DNA of 51,846 nucleotides, taken from Eubacteriales bacterium. Its GTDB lineage: Bacteria > Bacillota > Clostridia > Saccharofermentanales > DTU023. Under the pieces are notes generated by a model, which saw nothing but the letters and a program-made list of their open reading frames with translations, ran no database searches and was not told the origin of the DNA. Positions within the stretch are counted from its first letter, which is position 1; every line of letters starts with the position of its first letter. The stretch spans positions 11,746 through 63,591 of the forward strand of contig JAUNVR010000009.1 of assembly GCA_030537595.1 (NCBI GenBank), read 5' to 3'. Below, piece by piece: positions 20,239-31,694 of the stretch. A program made the translations under genes and the position numbers.

Positions 20239-22160
20239 TACTGTTCTCCTTTAGCTTGATTATCCTTTGCTTCTGCTTGGGCTGCTTGCGCTTTAGAATC
20301 TGCTTTATCTTCAGCTTTTCTTTGACTTTCTAAAATCTTTTTAACGGCCTTAGCTGAGTTTAAATTATTTAAAAAGAGCTTTGCTGAAAAGTCAGAAACC
20401 AGGCGCTCTGAGCCTGTTGCGAGTAGGTCTTGAGGATAGAGGATGGGATTGTCTGGCATGCTGCGCCGCTTAAACTGCTGTGAGTAGAAGCGCCAGAGGA
20501 AGCGCTCGCAGAACTTTAATTTAGCAGCAGGGCTGAGCTCAGGGAAGTAATCTGCTTCTAAAAGCTCTGTAAAGAATTCTGCCGGGCTTTTCTGGCAGCC
20601 CCTAAATTGCCAGAGATAGTAATCAAAGAGGCGGTAGGGGCCGAGGACCTCCTCGGTAATTTGACTACTTTCAGCTGCTAGTTCGCTGCCGAGACCATTC
20701 TTTTCGCCGCTACTTAAAGCTTCGCCGCCGCCCAGACCGCCGCCCACACTTTCGCTGCCGCCCAGACCGCCGCTGCCGTCAATACTTTCGCCCCCGCTCT
20801 CAGGCAAGAGCTCAGGTGAGGCCGGAGTCGAGGCAACTAGGCGGAGCGCAGCGGCAAAGTCTGCGAGCTCAGTTTCTAAAAGCTCAGCCTCGACTTTAAG
20901 CAGCTCGGGCACTAAGGTCTTAGGAATCCCCCCGTTGACATGGTACATCGAGGTCTGATCACCATTATAGGTACACCAGCCGAGGGCTGCTTCAGATAAG
21001 GTCCCCGTGCCGAGGACGATGCCGCCTAAGCGATTCGCCAAATCCATCAGAATCTGAGTCCGCTCTCGAGCCTGGGTATTCTCGTAGGTGATGTCATGGA
21101 GATTAGGATCCTGGCCGATGTCCTTAAAGTGTTGGAGACAGGCCGGACGGATATCAATTTCATTTAATTCGAGCCCTAGCCCACGAGCTAGGGCCTGGGC
21201 GTTATTATAGCTTCTTTGACTCGAGCCAAAGCCGGGCATGTAATAGAGCTTTAAATCTTCTAGCTCCTGCTGATTACTAATCAGGGCGCGGCGCGCTAAG
21301 ACTAGGGCCAGGGTTGAATCCATCCCACCCGAGAGGCCGAGCATTACTTTACTTTTACCGAGTAGCTCGAGCCGTCTACGCAGTCCCTCAGCAGGAATTG
21401 CCAGGCCACGCTCCCAAGCCTCCTCACTTAGAGGGAAGAGGGGGTACTCAGGATTATTGAGATTCAGCCGGGCTGGCAAATCCGCAGTAGAAGCAATCAG
21501 GCTAAAGCTTAAATCGCTGTAATCTAGGCCCGGCAATTCAAAGCAGTGGGCCTCTGCGGTCTCAGAGTTACTTGCGCTGTACCAGACTGCTGTGGAATCC
21601 TCAGCAGTACTTAAATAGGCGTAAAAATCACCGAGGTAGGCACCATCACTACTACTATCTCCAGCCGCTGGACAGAGCACAAAGTTTGCCCCACGCTCCG
21701 TCGCCAGCTCAGTCAATAGCTCCTGGCTATCGAGGTAGGAGGGGAGGAGGGAGAAGATAAAGAGCGAATCCTCATCAGCTGGCAGAGATCTTTTCAGCCG
21801 CTGGTCAGAAAAGTATTCTCCGTTCTTAAAGATGATCAGTCGAAGCTCCAGCTCAGGATTCGAATGCGTAGTAAAGCTACTTTGCCGTCCGGGCTTTTTT
21901 GACCTCGGAGCAACTGGCACCGTCAGGGCAAAGGGCGCTGAATCCAGTGAATGCTCACGCAGGGATTCGAGGCTTTTTTCAATGAATGTAAAGACCTCAG
22001 GACGTAATGCCTCTGGGCCCATGCCGACCCCAGTCAGGTAGAGAGGCGGGAAAAGAATCAGGTCCGCATCGCTATTTTCGTCAATTAGACTGAGCATCAG
22101 CTCTAAGTTTAGCTCGGGATCGCCAAAGTTCTGGCGGGGATAGAGAAAGTTAATTTGCAT
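20238..22160 (-). CDS. nadE: NAD+ synthetase with degenerate N-terminal nitrilase-like domain
   Basis: LGLSGGMDSTLAL, ENTQARERT, GWCTYNGD, SPEL and QQFKR motifs. Confidence 0.9.
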   Translation of the reverse strand: MQINFLYPRQNFGDPELNLELMLSLIDENSDADLILFPPLYLTGVGMGPEALRPEVFTFIEKSLESLREHSLDSAPFALTVPVAPRSKKPGRQSSFTTHSNPELELRLIIFKNGEYFSDQRLKRSLPADEDSLFIFSLLPSYLDSQELLTELATERGANFVLCPAAGDSSSDGAYLGDFYAYLSTAEDSTAVWYSASNSETAEAHCFELPGLDYSDLSFSLIASTADLPARLNLNNPEYPLFPLSEEAWERGLAIPAEGLRRRLELLGKSKVMLGLSGGMDSTLALVLARRALISNQQELEDLKLYYMPGFGSSQRSYNNAQALARGLGLELNEIDIRPACLQHFKDIGQDPNLHDITYENTQARERTQILMDLANRLGGIVLGTGTLSEAALGWCTYNGDQTSMYHVNGGIPKTLVPELLKVEAELLETELADFAAALRLVASTPASPELLPESGGESIDGSGGLGGSESVGGGLGGGEALSSGEKNGLGSELAAESSQITEEVLGPYRLFDYYLWQFRGCQKSPAEFFTELLEADYFPELSPAAKLKFCERFLWRFYSQQFKRRSMPDNPILYPQDLLATGSERLVSDFSAKLFLNNLNSAKAVKKILESQRKAEDKADSKAQAAQAEAKDNQAKGEQ

Positions 22161-22176
22161 AAAGGTACCTCGAGGT

Positions 22177-22210
22177 AAAAAAGGGCGCAAGAATCCAAGT
22201 TCCTGCGCCC
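22177..22210 (-). terminator. Terminator after the ABC permease
   Basis: Minus strand GGGCGCAGGAA...TTCTTGCGCCC followed by TTTTTT. Confidence 0.7.
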
Positions 22211-22216
22211 CATATT

Positions 22217-23503
22217 TTAGACTGGCTTTTCACTCCGTTTAAAGAGATTCAGCAGATCTTTTAGCTTCGGCAATTTACCGTAGCGCAAAACACCATTGCG
22301 GTAGATGACAATCGCAATCTTGGCACAAACGAAGATCGTGCCAGTATGAATTAGGGCGGCCACTACGGTTTGCCAAATTGGCAGTTCGAGCATCGAGAAG
22401 CGCACGAAATAAATCAAAGTTCCAATCAAAGGCAGGAATGAAGCAATCGTGACCCAGCTTTTGTCCGGGTCAAAAATGGCCGCAATTGAGGAGAAGAAGA
22501 TAATGAAAATCAAGGTCATTACCGGGGTGATGACCTGGGAAATCTCCTCGGTGCGATTAACCAGAGAACCTACAGCGCCAAAGAGGAAGGCAAAGGAGAG
22601 GTAGGTTAAAAGGAAGATTGCCACAGCCATCAGGAAGATTGTGATCGGCATGTCCAAGACCCCGGTCAAAATGCTGAGCTGCATGCCAGAGAGCTTCGAG
22701 AGTGAGAAGAAGAAATAATATGCTGCGCCAAAGACTGCCATCTGGAAGAGTCCAGCCAGGCCGGCGCCAAAGACCTTCCCACAGATCAGGTGGCGGGGAT
22801 GAGTCGAGGTGATCAGAATTTCCATAGTCCGACTCGACTTTTCCGAAGCCACAGAAGTGGCAGTCATCTGCCCGTAGGAGAGGAGGAACATGTAGAGGAG
22901 GATAATTAGGATATAGGTGTAGGGCATGGTCTGGAATTGGCTCTTGCCGCTTTCTTCGACCAATTCTGTCAAGGTCAACTCACAGCTACAAAGCGCGAGG
23001 TCGATTTCCTCGTGGCTCAGTCCGCGCTCGTCTAAAAGCTTTGCTTTTAAGACCTTAGTTGCGACTTTTTCTAAATCTCTTTCAAGGTCGACATTAAAGG
23101 GCTTACGCTGGGTAATCCACTCGTATTTTGTCGCCTCAGAAATCACAAAGAGGCCAAAGACATTCTCCTCGAGGGCCATCTTGCGATATTCCTCATGCTC
23201 TGCCGGATCCGCTTCTTGGATTCGGTATTTTGCCGGGTCGACGACCTCCTTAAATTCCTCGATTGAATCGAGTAGGCCGCTTTCGTCCACGATGTAAATC
23301 TCTTTAATTTGGCTCGGACCTGTACTGCCTTTAATCACTGAGTAGAGGAAGGGGAAGTTTAAGGAGAGGCCAATTAAGAGGACGGTGATCAGAGTTGTAA
23401 AGATAAAGCTCTTGCTGGAGAGGTAATTGTAAAACTCAAATAGGGTGACTGTTTTAGTTGCAGAATCGTGCTTAGGCTTTTTATTTTGGTGATCTTTAGA
23501 CAT
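22217..23503 (-). CDS. ABC-2 type permease (NatB/YhaP-like)
   Basis: SVASEKSSRTMEILITS..GK motif, one TM plus large loop plus TM bundle; overlaps the ATPase stop. Confidence 0.85.
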   Translation of the reverse strand: MSKDHQNKKPKHDSATKTVTLFEFYNYLSSKSFIFTTLITVLLIGLSLNFPFLYSVIKGSTGPSQIKEIYIVDESGLLDSIEEFKEVVDPAKYRIQEADPAEHEEYRKMALEENVFGLFVISEATKYEWITQRKPFNVDLERDLEKVATKVLKAKLLDERGLSHEEIDLALCSCELTLTELVEESGKSQFQTMPYTYILIILLYMFLLSYGQMTATSVASEKSSRTMEILITSTHPRHLICGKVFGAGLAGLFQMAVFGAAYYFFFSLSKLSGMQLSILTGVLDMPITIFLMAVAIFLLTYLSFAFLFGAVGSLVNRTEEISQVITPVMTLIFIIFFSSIAAIFDPDKSWVTIASFLPLIGTLIYFVRFSMLELPIWQTVVAALIHTGTIFVCAKIAIVIYRNGVLRYGKLPKLKDLLNLFKRSEKPV

Positions 23504-24482
23504 GCTCTTCCTCCTCAATCGGGCTCTTTACTTCTGCGCGGGAGGTAGTCCGGACAAAAATATCTTCAAGCGAGGGTTCGACAACTTCAAAGCGCTCAAT
23601 CGGGGTATCGAGCTGGACCAGATCCCGTAGGAGCTGGTCTTTTTGCTCAGCGCCTTCGAGTTCTAGAAGGATGCCGTCGAGCGTGCAGCGAATATTGTGC
23701 ACCGGGCAGCTGAGGGCGTTTGAGGCCTGTAATTGCTCGACTAAAGCCTTCGTTTCCTCCGGCGGCAGGCTGGCCTGAGCTGTGCCCAAGCGGATGCTCA
23801 GAGTGTCGCGGGGATAGCTTCTTTTGACCTCTTTAATCGAACCTGAGAGGACGATTTCACCCTGGTCTAAGATTGCAATCTGGTCACAAAAGCTTTCGAC
23901 ATAGGTCATCTGATGTGAGGAAAAAAGAACCAGCTTTCCAGCGTCAACTAAGTCCTTGACGACATCGCGCAAAAGCTGCGAGTTGACCGGATCCAGCCCA
24001 GAAAAGGGTTCGTCCAGGATGACCAGCTCGGGATTGGTAATCAGGCAGACAGCCAATTGGATTTTCTGCTGATTGCCCTTGGAGAGGGTTTCCAATTTCC
24101 GATTCTGGTATTGCAGCATATCGAGGCGGTCGAGCCAGTAGCGGGCATTGGCCTTAGCTTCACGCCGGCTGAGCCCGCGCAAGCTGCCGATATAAATCAT
24201 CTGGTGGAGGATCTGATACTTCGGGTAGAGCCCTTTTTCTTCCGGCAGATAACCAAAGGAGCGGACATCTTCTTTTTTATTCAGGATGGACTTGCCATCT
24301 ACGACGACGTCCCCGCTGTCGGGGGCAAAAACATTCATCAGAATCCGAATTGAGGTTGTTTTTCCGGCGCCATTGCGGCCTAAGAGACCGAAGGCTTTCC
24401 CGGATTCCGCATGGAAGGACAAATCCTTTAGGACATGGTTGTCACCAAAGGATTTGTTGACCTGCTTAAAGCTTAATTGCAT
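23496..24482 (-). CDS. ABC transporter ATP-binding protein (NatA/YhaQ-like)
   Basis: GRNGAGKTT, LSKGNQQK, LDEPFSGLDPVN and PSLEDIF motifs. Confidence 0.92.
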   Translation of the reverse strand: MQLSFKQVNKSFGDNHVLKDLSFHAESGKAFGLLGRNGAGKTTSIRILMNVFAPDSGDVVVDGKSILNKKEDVRSFGYLPEEKGLYPKYQILHQMIYIGSLRGLSRREAKANARYWLDRLDMLQYQNRKLETLSKGNQQKIQLAVCLITNPELVILDEPFSGLDPVNSQLLRDVVKDLVDAGKLVLFSSHQMTYVESFCDQIAILDQGEIVLSGSIKEVKRSYPRDTLSIRLGTAQASLPPEETKALVEQLQASNALSCPVHNIRCTLDGILLELEGAEQKDQLLRDLVQLDTPIERFEVVEPSLEDIFVRTTSRAEVKSPIEEEEHV

Positions 24483-24517
24483 GTAAAATCCTTTACTAAA
24501 AAAGTCTTGATTTACTT

Positions 24518-24549
24518 AAAAATAAGTCCGCGCCCGAAGAGGGCGCGGA
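24518..24549 (-). terminator. Terminator after eno
   Basis: TCCGCGCCC-N5-GGGCGCGGA with a T-rich tail on the minus strand. Confidence 0.75.
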
Positions 24550-24566
24550 GTAGAGTTTACTTAACT

Positions 24567-25913
<1,347 letters not shown>

Positions 25914-26005
25914 TTACTCAGGCTAGTCACAATATAAATTGACAATCTTTATTATAACATGAGGAGAATTAAAGGTGCTGGATTCGGCCAAAGCCTGCTT
26001 AAAGC

Positions 26006-26959
26006 CTAGTCTTCCGGCGCTAAATCAGCCCAGGGTAGGTCCAGATCCACAAGCTCACCGAGCTGCCTGGGCTTCTTTTGGTCAAAGATTTCCAGCGCCT
26101 TAATGATTTCATTTTCGTAACGAATGCTGATTTCAACTAGGCGCCCCTTAAATTCGAGGCCGACAATCTCGCCCCTAGTACCGGGGAGAATTTTCACATT
26201 CTCGTAGCGTAGGTACTGATTCTCGCGGCGGTTGGCGCTGCCGATAAAGTCTAGGGTGAAGGCTTTTTTTGGCCTAGTGTAAAGCTCAATTGGACTCGCA
26301 GCTTCGACTAATTCTCCCTGATTCATTAAGAGGATTCGATCGGCGAGGGAAAAGGCCTCCTCCTGGTCGTGGGTGACAAAGATCATGGCCAGCCCCAGGC
26401 TCCTTTGCACTTCTTTAATTTTGCCCCGCAGCTCAGCCCGCAGCTTGGCATCGAGGTTTGACAAGGGCTCGTCTAAAAGTAAAAGCTGCGGCTCGAGGAC
26501 GAGGGAGCGGGCGAGGGCGACGCGCTGCCTTTGCCCTCCGGAGAGTTGCTCTGGGTAGCGCTCAGCGTAGTCACTGAGCTCGACCAGTTTCAAGGCGGCT
26601 GCGATCTTTTCCTCTTGCAGGGGCTTCGCGAGGCGCCTTAGCCCTAGTCCGTAGCCGACATTTTGGGCGACGGTGAACTGGGGAAAGAGTCCGTAGGATT
26701 GAAAAACAGTCGAGAGCTTGCGAGCTTCCGGCGGGAGCTCATTTAGCTCTTCACCATTGAGGAGAATACTGCCCTCAGTCGGGCTGACGAAGCCGCCGAT
26801 GCAGTTTAAGATCGTGCTTTTGCCACAGCCGGAGGGGCCGAGAATACAAAGTAGCTCAGCTCGCTCGAGGGTGAAACTAAGATTTTTAACCACGCTTTTA
26901 CTGCCGTAGACCTTGCTCAGATTTCTGACTTCTAAAAGCTTAGTCGAGTCGCGGGACAT
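26006..26959 (-). CDS. ABC importer ATPase (FbpC/PotA family)
   Basis: GPSGCGKST, LSGGQRQRVALAR, LLLDEPLSNLD and VTHDQEEA motifs. Confidence 0.92.
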   Translation of the reverse strand: MSRDSTKLLEVRNLSKVYGSKSVVKNLSFTLERAELLCILGPSGCGKSTILNCIGGFVSPTEGSILLNGEELNELPPEARKLSTVFQSYGLFPQFTVAQNVGYGLGLRRLAKPLQEEKIAAALKLVELSDYAERYPEQLSGGQRQRVALARSLVLEPQLLLLDEPLSNLDAKLRAELRGKIKEVQRSLGLAMIFVTHDQEEAFSLADRILLMNQGELVEAASPIELYTRPKKAFTLDFIGSANRRENQYLRYENVKILPGTRGEIVGLEFKGRLVEISIRYENEIIKALEIFDQKKPRQLGELVDLDLPWADLAPED

Positions 26960-28631
26960 AGTTGATTCCTCCTACTTTTTCAGCTCGAGAAAGAGCGCTT
27001 TCACTTCTACTCTTTTGGCCGTGGCGCAAGAGCAAGAAGCAGCCGGCATTGACGGCTACGGTGAGCAGCATGATCCACAGGGCCAGGGCGCTGCCGACAC
27101 TGTACTTGCCGCTTTGAATCAGGTCGAAAAGGACGATGGTGGCAAGTTTTTGGCCGGGATAGACGAGAAAGAGAATGCTCCCGACTGTGGTCATCGTGCT
27201 GGAAAAACTATTGGCAAAGCTGACGAAAAAAGACTCCTTGGCTAAAGGAAAGATGCCATCGCTTAGGAGGCGCAGGCGGCTGCCACCGAGGTCGCGAATC
27301 GAGTTAAAGATCGCCGGGTCGATGGCCCTGACCGCGTCGATCCCGACCTTTGCGGTGAAGGGTAGCTGCTTAAATAAGACATTTAAGATAACAATTAAAG
27401 CGCTGCCTGTGAGCTTTAAGGGCGGGCTGCGAAAGGCGTAGATATAGGCGATTCCAAAGAAGCTGCCCGGGAGGACGTAGGGTAGGCTCGAGAGGAGGTC
27501 GAGGTAATTGCCTAAGCGGCTCTTGCGGAGCTGGACCACGTAGCCGATTAATAGCCCGAGGGCCGCGCCGATGCTTGCTGCGATTAGGGAGTAAAGGACA
27601 GAGCGGAGCATGGCCCCTGAGAGATGGGTGGAGGCGGCGCTGAAGTGGGCCAGGGTGAGGGAGATTTTACCTCGGCTGCGCTGGATAAAGGCTTCAAGGA
27701 TGAGGGCTAGATACTGGAGGGTTAAGGCGCCAAGAAAGAGCGCAGTAAAAGCAGCTAAGAAGCGGTAGAGCAGGCCTTTACGACGGTAGCTCACGGGCGC
27801 TTGCTGGCTAGCTTGGCGGCTTTGGCCGGCGCTGTATTTACGGTAGACGAGGTAGACCAGAATCGAGGGCAGAAAGATTAGAATATTCAGGACTGCCGCC
27901 TTCCCAATATCGCCGTAGGCGACCATATTGAGATAGCTTTCTGTGGCGAGGGTTGAGAACTTCCCACCGATAATTGTCGGGGTGGAGAAGTCAGCCAGGC
28001 TCTTCATGAAATTTAAGAGGGCGACAATGGCAAGCGGTGCCTTCAACTGGCCTAAAATCAGGTCGCGCACAATCTCCCCCGTACTCGCGCCGAGGTCGCG
28101 GGCGCTGTTGATGATAGCCGGATCAATCGAGGCCACGGCAGTACTGATTAAAAGCGCGTGCAAAGAAAGGTAAGAGAGCGCCTGCATTAGAACCACACCC
28201 CAGAGTCCGTAGGGGTTCAAGCTGAGGCCTAAAAGACGGTAGCTAATCAGACCGCGCCGGCCAAAAAGTTGAATATAGCTCAGGGAGCTGACAAAGGGTG
28301 GGGAGATCATGGTCAGCATTAAAAAGAGCTTTAAGGCCCTGCTCAGCCGGGGACTAGAGAGGGCCACGAAAAGTCCGACAATTAAGCTCATCAGGCTACT
28401 AATAAGGCTCGTCAAGAGGCCGTTTAAAACTGAGTTTTGCAGCAGTTTGCGGCTGCTTTTTAAGATCTTTAAAGCGCCGGCAAGACCTGGGCCATCTGGG
28501 GTCCAGAGGCTGTGATAAAAAAGCGCAATGATCGGATAGAGGACAAAGCAAAAAACCGCAGCAAAGACTGCCCAGACGAGGGCAGTCTCGCTACGATTTT
28601 CGAGTCTATTTTGTCGCGCTAAAGAGCTCAA
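26940..28631 (-). CDS. Fe3+/thiamine-family ABC permease (FbpB-like, duplicated domain)
   Basis: Two EAA-like loops (NSARDLGA, NSIRDLGG), SPPFV motif, many TM helices. Confidence 0.88.
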   Translation of the reverse strand: MSSLARQNRLENRSETALVWAVFAAVFCFVLYPIIALFYHSLWTPDGPGLAGALKILKSSRKLLQNSVLNGLLTSLISSLMSLIVGLFVALSSPRLSRALKLFLMLTMISPPFVSSLSYIQLFGRRGLISYRLLGLSLNPYGLWGVVLMQALSYLSLHALLISTAVASIDPAIINSARDLGASTGEIVRDLILGQLKAPLAIVALLNFMKSLADFSTPTIIGGKFSTLATESYLNMVAYGDIGKAAVLNILIFLPSILVYLVYRKYSAGQSRQASQQAPVSYRRKGLLYRFLAAFTALFLGALTLQYLALILEAFIQRSRGKISLTLAHFSAASTHLSGAMLRSVLYSLIAASIGAALGLLIGYVVQLRKSRLGNYLDLLSSLPYVLPGSFFGIAYIYAFRSPPLKLTGSALIVILNVLFKQLPFTAKVGIDAVRAIDPAIFNSIRDLGGSRLRLLSDGIFPLAKESFFVSFANSFSSTMTTVGSILFLVYPGQKLATIVLFDLIQSGKYSVGSALALWIMLLTVAVNAGCFLLLRHGQKSRSESALSRAEKVGGINYVPRLD

Positions 28632-28642
28632 GCTGAACTAGC

Positions 28643-29746
28643 CTATTCTTCACCTGTCAGCTCAGCCCAGCGTTCGAGAATTTCTGCACGCTTGCTGCCA
28701 AACTCGGGTAGCTTCTCAGCGATTAGCTTTGCTGGATCGAGGCCTAAGTCAAAGCCCTTAATCCCAGGCTTAATCATCTGATGCCCATCCTTGCCGTCGA
28801 GGCGGGCGAGCTCTTCTTGGATCTCGTCCCGGAGCATGAAGTCGATAAAGGCCTTGGCAATATCTGCGCCCGGGGCATCTTTAAAGACTGCAACTCCCTC
28901 CGGCACCCAGGGGATTCCGTCGCTCGGATAAACCACAGTCAAATCGTGCTCTTGCGCCGCGTCGAAGGCGGACTTATCCGCCGGGATAATGCCGATTGCA
29001 AATTCGCCAGCCACCGTTTTTTCTTGGGGATCCTTACCGCGCTTACCGTAGAAGGGGATGTTCTGATCGAGCTTTTCGAAGTAAGCCCAGCCCGCTTCTT
29101 CGCCGAGGAGGTCGAGGACTCCCTTGACCGCAGCGAACATTGTGCCGCTAACTGCCGGCGTACTCATAATTACCTCATCGGCGTATTTCGGATCAGCTAA
29201 TTCAGCCCAGCTTTGGGGTACGGGTAGATTCTTTTCAGCAAGGATTTGATTATTGGCCAAAAAGCCGACCACGGTTATCCCTTTGGCAATCCAGTAGCCT
29301 TCGGGATCCTTAAACTTCGGATCAATCTCAGCTGCGCCTTGCGGCTCGAAAGGCTCGAGGATACCCTCGGCTTTGGCCGTGATAAAGGCATCTAAACCGC
29401 CGCCAAACCAGAGGTCAGCCATGGCCTTACCCTCGGCCTGGATCCTGGATAAAACCTCACCAGAGCTCATCGAGAGGAATTCGACATTGGCGCCAGTTTC
29501 GGCCGTGAAAAGTGCAAAGAGCTCAGAGTATTTCTCCGAGGTCGCGACCACATTAAGGCTGCGGCCAGCAAAGGGCAGCTCAGCCTCGGAAGTATTGGCT
29601 GCTGGGGTCTCAGCATCCGCAGCTTCTAAAGCAGCGTCGGCTGCATTAGCCTCGGTATTTTTTTCTGCCTGCTGAGAATTCGTACAGGCAAAAAGACAGA
29701 AGCTCATGCAGCTCAGAAGGATTAAAAGCCAGGCAATTTTTTTCAT
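28643..29746 (-). CDS. ABC substrate-binding lipoprotein (AfuA/FbpA family)
   Basis: MKK signal peptide with LFAC lipobox; ADLWFGGG, PQSWAELADP and SGT motifs. Confidence 0.85.
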   Translation of the reverse strand: MKKIAWLLILLSCMSFCLFACTNSQQAEKNTEANAADAALEAADAETPAANTSEAELPFAGRSLNVVATSEKYSELFALFTAETGANVEFLSMSSGEVLSRIQAEGKAMADLWFGGGLDAFITAKAEGILEPFEPQGAAEIDPKFKDPEGYWIAKGITVVGFLANNQILAEKNLPVPQSWAELADPKYADEVIMSTPAVSGTMFAAVKGVLDLLGEEAGWAYFEKLDQNIPFYGKRGKDPQEKTVAGEFAIGIIPADKSAFDAAQEHDLTVVYPSDGIPWVPEGVAVFKDAPGADIAKAFIDFMLRDEIQEELARLDGKDGHQMIKPGIKGFDLGLDPAKLIAEKLPEFGSKRAEILERWAELTGEE

Positions 29747-30012
29747 CGTCTTTACTAAGTTCCTTTCGCAATTAATTTTTAAGCTTAGCAATCCTATGTA
29801 TAGCCTTTTTATTAGGCTAAATCTAGGATCATTCTGGATTCAGATAAATCGCGGCTTTTTAGACTCTCATTTATTGGCTTTTTCGATTAATCTAGAAAAT
29901 AATTCGGAAAAATCTCGGCGCTTGCGTTAAACTAAAGAAGTTAGCATTGACAAACTTTGACAGCTAGAAGGCTGAATTTTTAACTGAGTTGTGAGCTAAT
30001 GGAGGTATCAAA

Positions 30013-31596
30013 ATGAGTGATATGAAGTTATTCGTGCCAGAATATGATGAAGAAAAGTTAAAATATTTGATCAAAATCAAGGAGCAATATAATGCCGGGG
30101 AGCTAGATCTCGAGACCGCCCGGGCACAATTAAAGGCCAAGGTTGGCTCTTTAAAGCCCTATGAGATTGCCCTAGCTGAGCAGGAGTTAGAGGAAATTGA
30201 GGACGATGAGTGTCGGAAGGAAGATATCCAAAAGATGCTCGAGCTCTTTGAGGGAATCATGGATACGACCCAGCCGGAGCTGCCGGAGGATCACCCACTG
30301 AGCTGCTATTATCGGGAAAATGCCGAGCTCGAAAAAATCCTCTTGGAAATTGAAGACCTAGTCCAGTATCCCCTAATTAAGAATCAGTGGCTGGAGCTTT
30401 ACGAGCGTCTAGCCCAGTTTAAAATCCACCTCTCCCGGAAGCAGAACCAACTCTACTCGATACTTGAGCAGAAAGGCTTTGACCGGCCGACTACGACCAT
30501 GTGGCTTCTGGATAACTTTGTCCGCGATGAAATCAATCAAGCCCGCGAGCTTTTAGATGCTGATCGTGACGAGGACTTTATCGCGCGGCAAGAGACTCTA
30601 GTTGCAGACTTGCGTGACCTGATGCAGAAGGAAGAAACTGTGCTCTATCCGACTTCTTTAGTGATGATTAAGCCGGAGGAGTTCGAGGCGATGAAATCTG
30701 GAGACCATGAAATCGGTTTTGCCTGGATTCAATCGCCAGCAGAGAGTGCCAAGCCGGCCGCCGCAGCTCCTCTGAGTGAGGCTCAGGCAGCTCCAGCCGA
30801 GGATTTTAAGGCCGAGCTGACAGAGCTTTTGGCCAAGCATGGATATAATGTCCAAGGCGATAAGGAATATGATGTGGCGATGGGTAAGCTCAGCCTAGAG
30901 CAGATCAACCTGATCTATAAGCACTTGCCAGTTGACCTCTCCTATGTCGATGAGCATGAGATTGTGAAGTTTTACTCGGATACGGCTCACCGGGTCTTCC
31001 CTCGAAGTAAGAATGTAATCGGCCGTGATGTCAAAAACTGTCACCCCCGCTCGAGCGTCCATATCGTCGAGGAAATTATCGAAAAGTTTAGATCCGGCGA
31101 AAAGGATTCGGCCGAGTTTTGGATTAATAAGCCGGGCCTCTTTATTTACATTTACTACACCGCAGTTCGTGATGAGTCAGGAAAGTTTCGCGGTGTCCTC
31201 GAGATGATGCAAGATTGCACGCATATTCGGAGTCTCGTCGGCTCGCAAACTCTTCTGACCTGGGGCCAGGAGCAGGCTGAGGCGGCGCCTGAAGATTCAG
31301 CTTTAGAGGAGTCTGAGGAGCCAAAGGCAGAAGTGGCAGCTGAAAGTGAAGGCTCGCCTAGCCCAATTGACCCAGAGAATTTGCAGCCCGAGACAATGCT
31401 CAAGGATTTATTAGCTCAGTACCCTTGGCTAAAGGAGGCGCTGGCTGAACTCAATCCAAAGTTCAAGATGCTCCAGACCCCACTGGCTAGAGTGATGCTA
31501 CCAAAGGCTACGCTCAGGGCGATGAGTGAGCGCAGTGGCATGGAGCTAGATAGTTTAATTGCTGGAATTCAGGAATTAATCAAAAAGCAGGGCTAA
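30013..31596 (+). CDS. DUF438 / hemerythrin-like / PAS / DUF1858 multidomain protein
   Basis: EIALAEQEL, HPL..Y.REN, H..RKQNQLY, KEETVLYP, PAS motif LPVDLSYVD...IGRDVKNCHP; GGAGG RBS. Confidence 0.8.
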   Translation: MSDMKLFVPEYDEEKLKYLIKIKEQYNAGELDLETARAQLKAKVGSLKPYEIALAEQELEEIEDDECRKEDIQKMLELFEGIMDTTQPELPEDHPLSCYYRENAELEKILLEIEDLVQYPLIKNQWLELYERLAQFKIHLSRKQNQLYSILEQKGFDRPTTTMWLLDNFVRDEINQARELLDADRDEDFIARQETLVADLRDLMQKEETVLYPTSLVMIKPEEFEAMKSGDHEIGFAWIQSPAESAKPAAAAPLSEAQAAPAEDFKAELTELLAKHGYNVQGDKEYDVAMGKLSLEQINLIYKHLPVDLSYVDEHEIVKFYSDTAHRVFPRSKNVIGRDVKNCHPRSSVHIVEEIIEKFRSGEKDSAEFWINKPGLFIYIYYTAVRDESGKFRGVLEMMQDCTHIRSLVGSQTLLTWGQEQAEAAPEDSALEESEEPKAEVAAESEGSPSPIDPENLQPETMLKDLLAQYPWLKEALAELNPKFKMLQTPLARVMLPKATLRAMSERSGMELDSLIAGIQELIKKQG

Positions 31597-31622
31597 GCTG
31601 AATAAGAGCGAGGCAAATAAAG

Positions 31623-31650
31623 AGGGCAGGTGTCAAATAACACCTGCCCT
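31623..31650. terminator. Bidirectional terminator
   Basis: AGGGCAGGTGT-N6-ACACCTGCCCT between convergent genes. Confidence 0.8.
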
Positions 31651-31694
31651 TTATAATTTTCTTTTGGCTTTACTTAAAGCCTTCTAGCCCGAGT

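Noticed and set aside
25928-25943. NrdR-like TCACAATATAAATTGA upstream of eno
   Set aside because: Single AT-rich match in a context unrelated to nucleotide reduction
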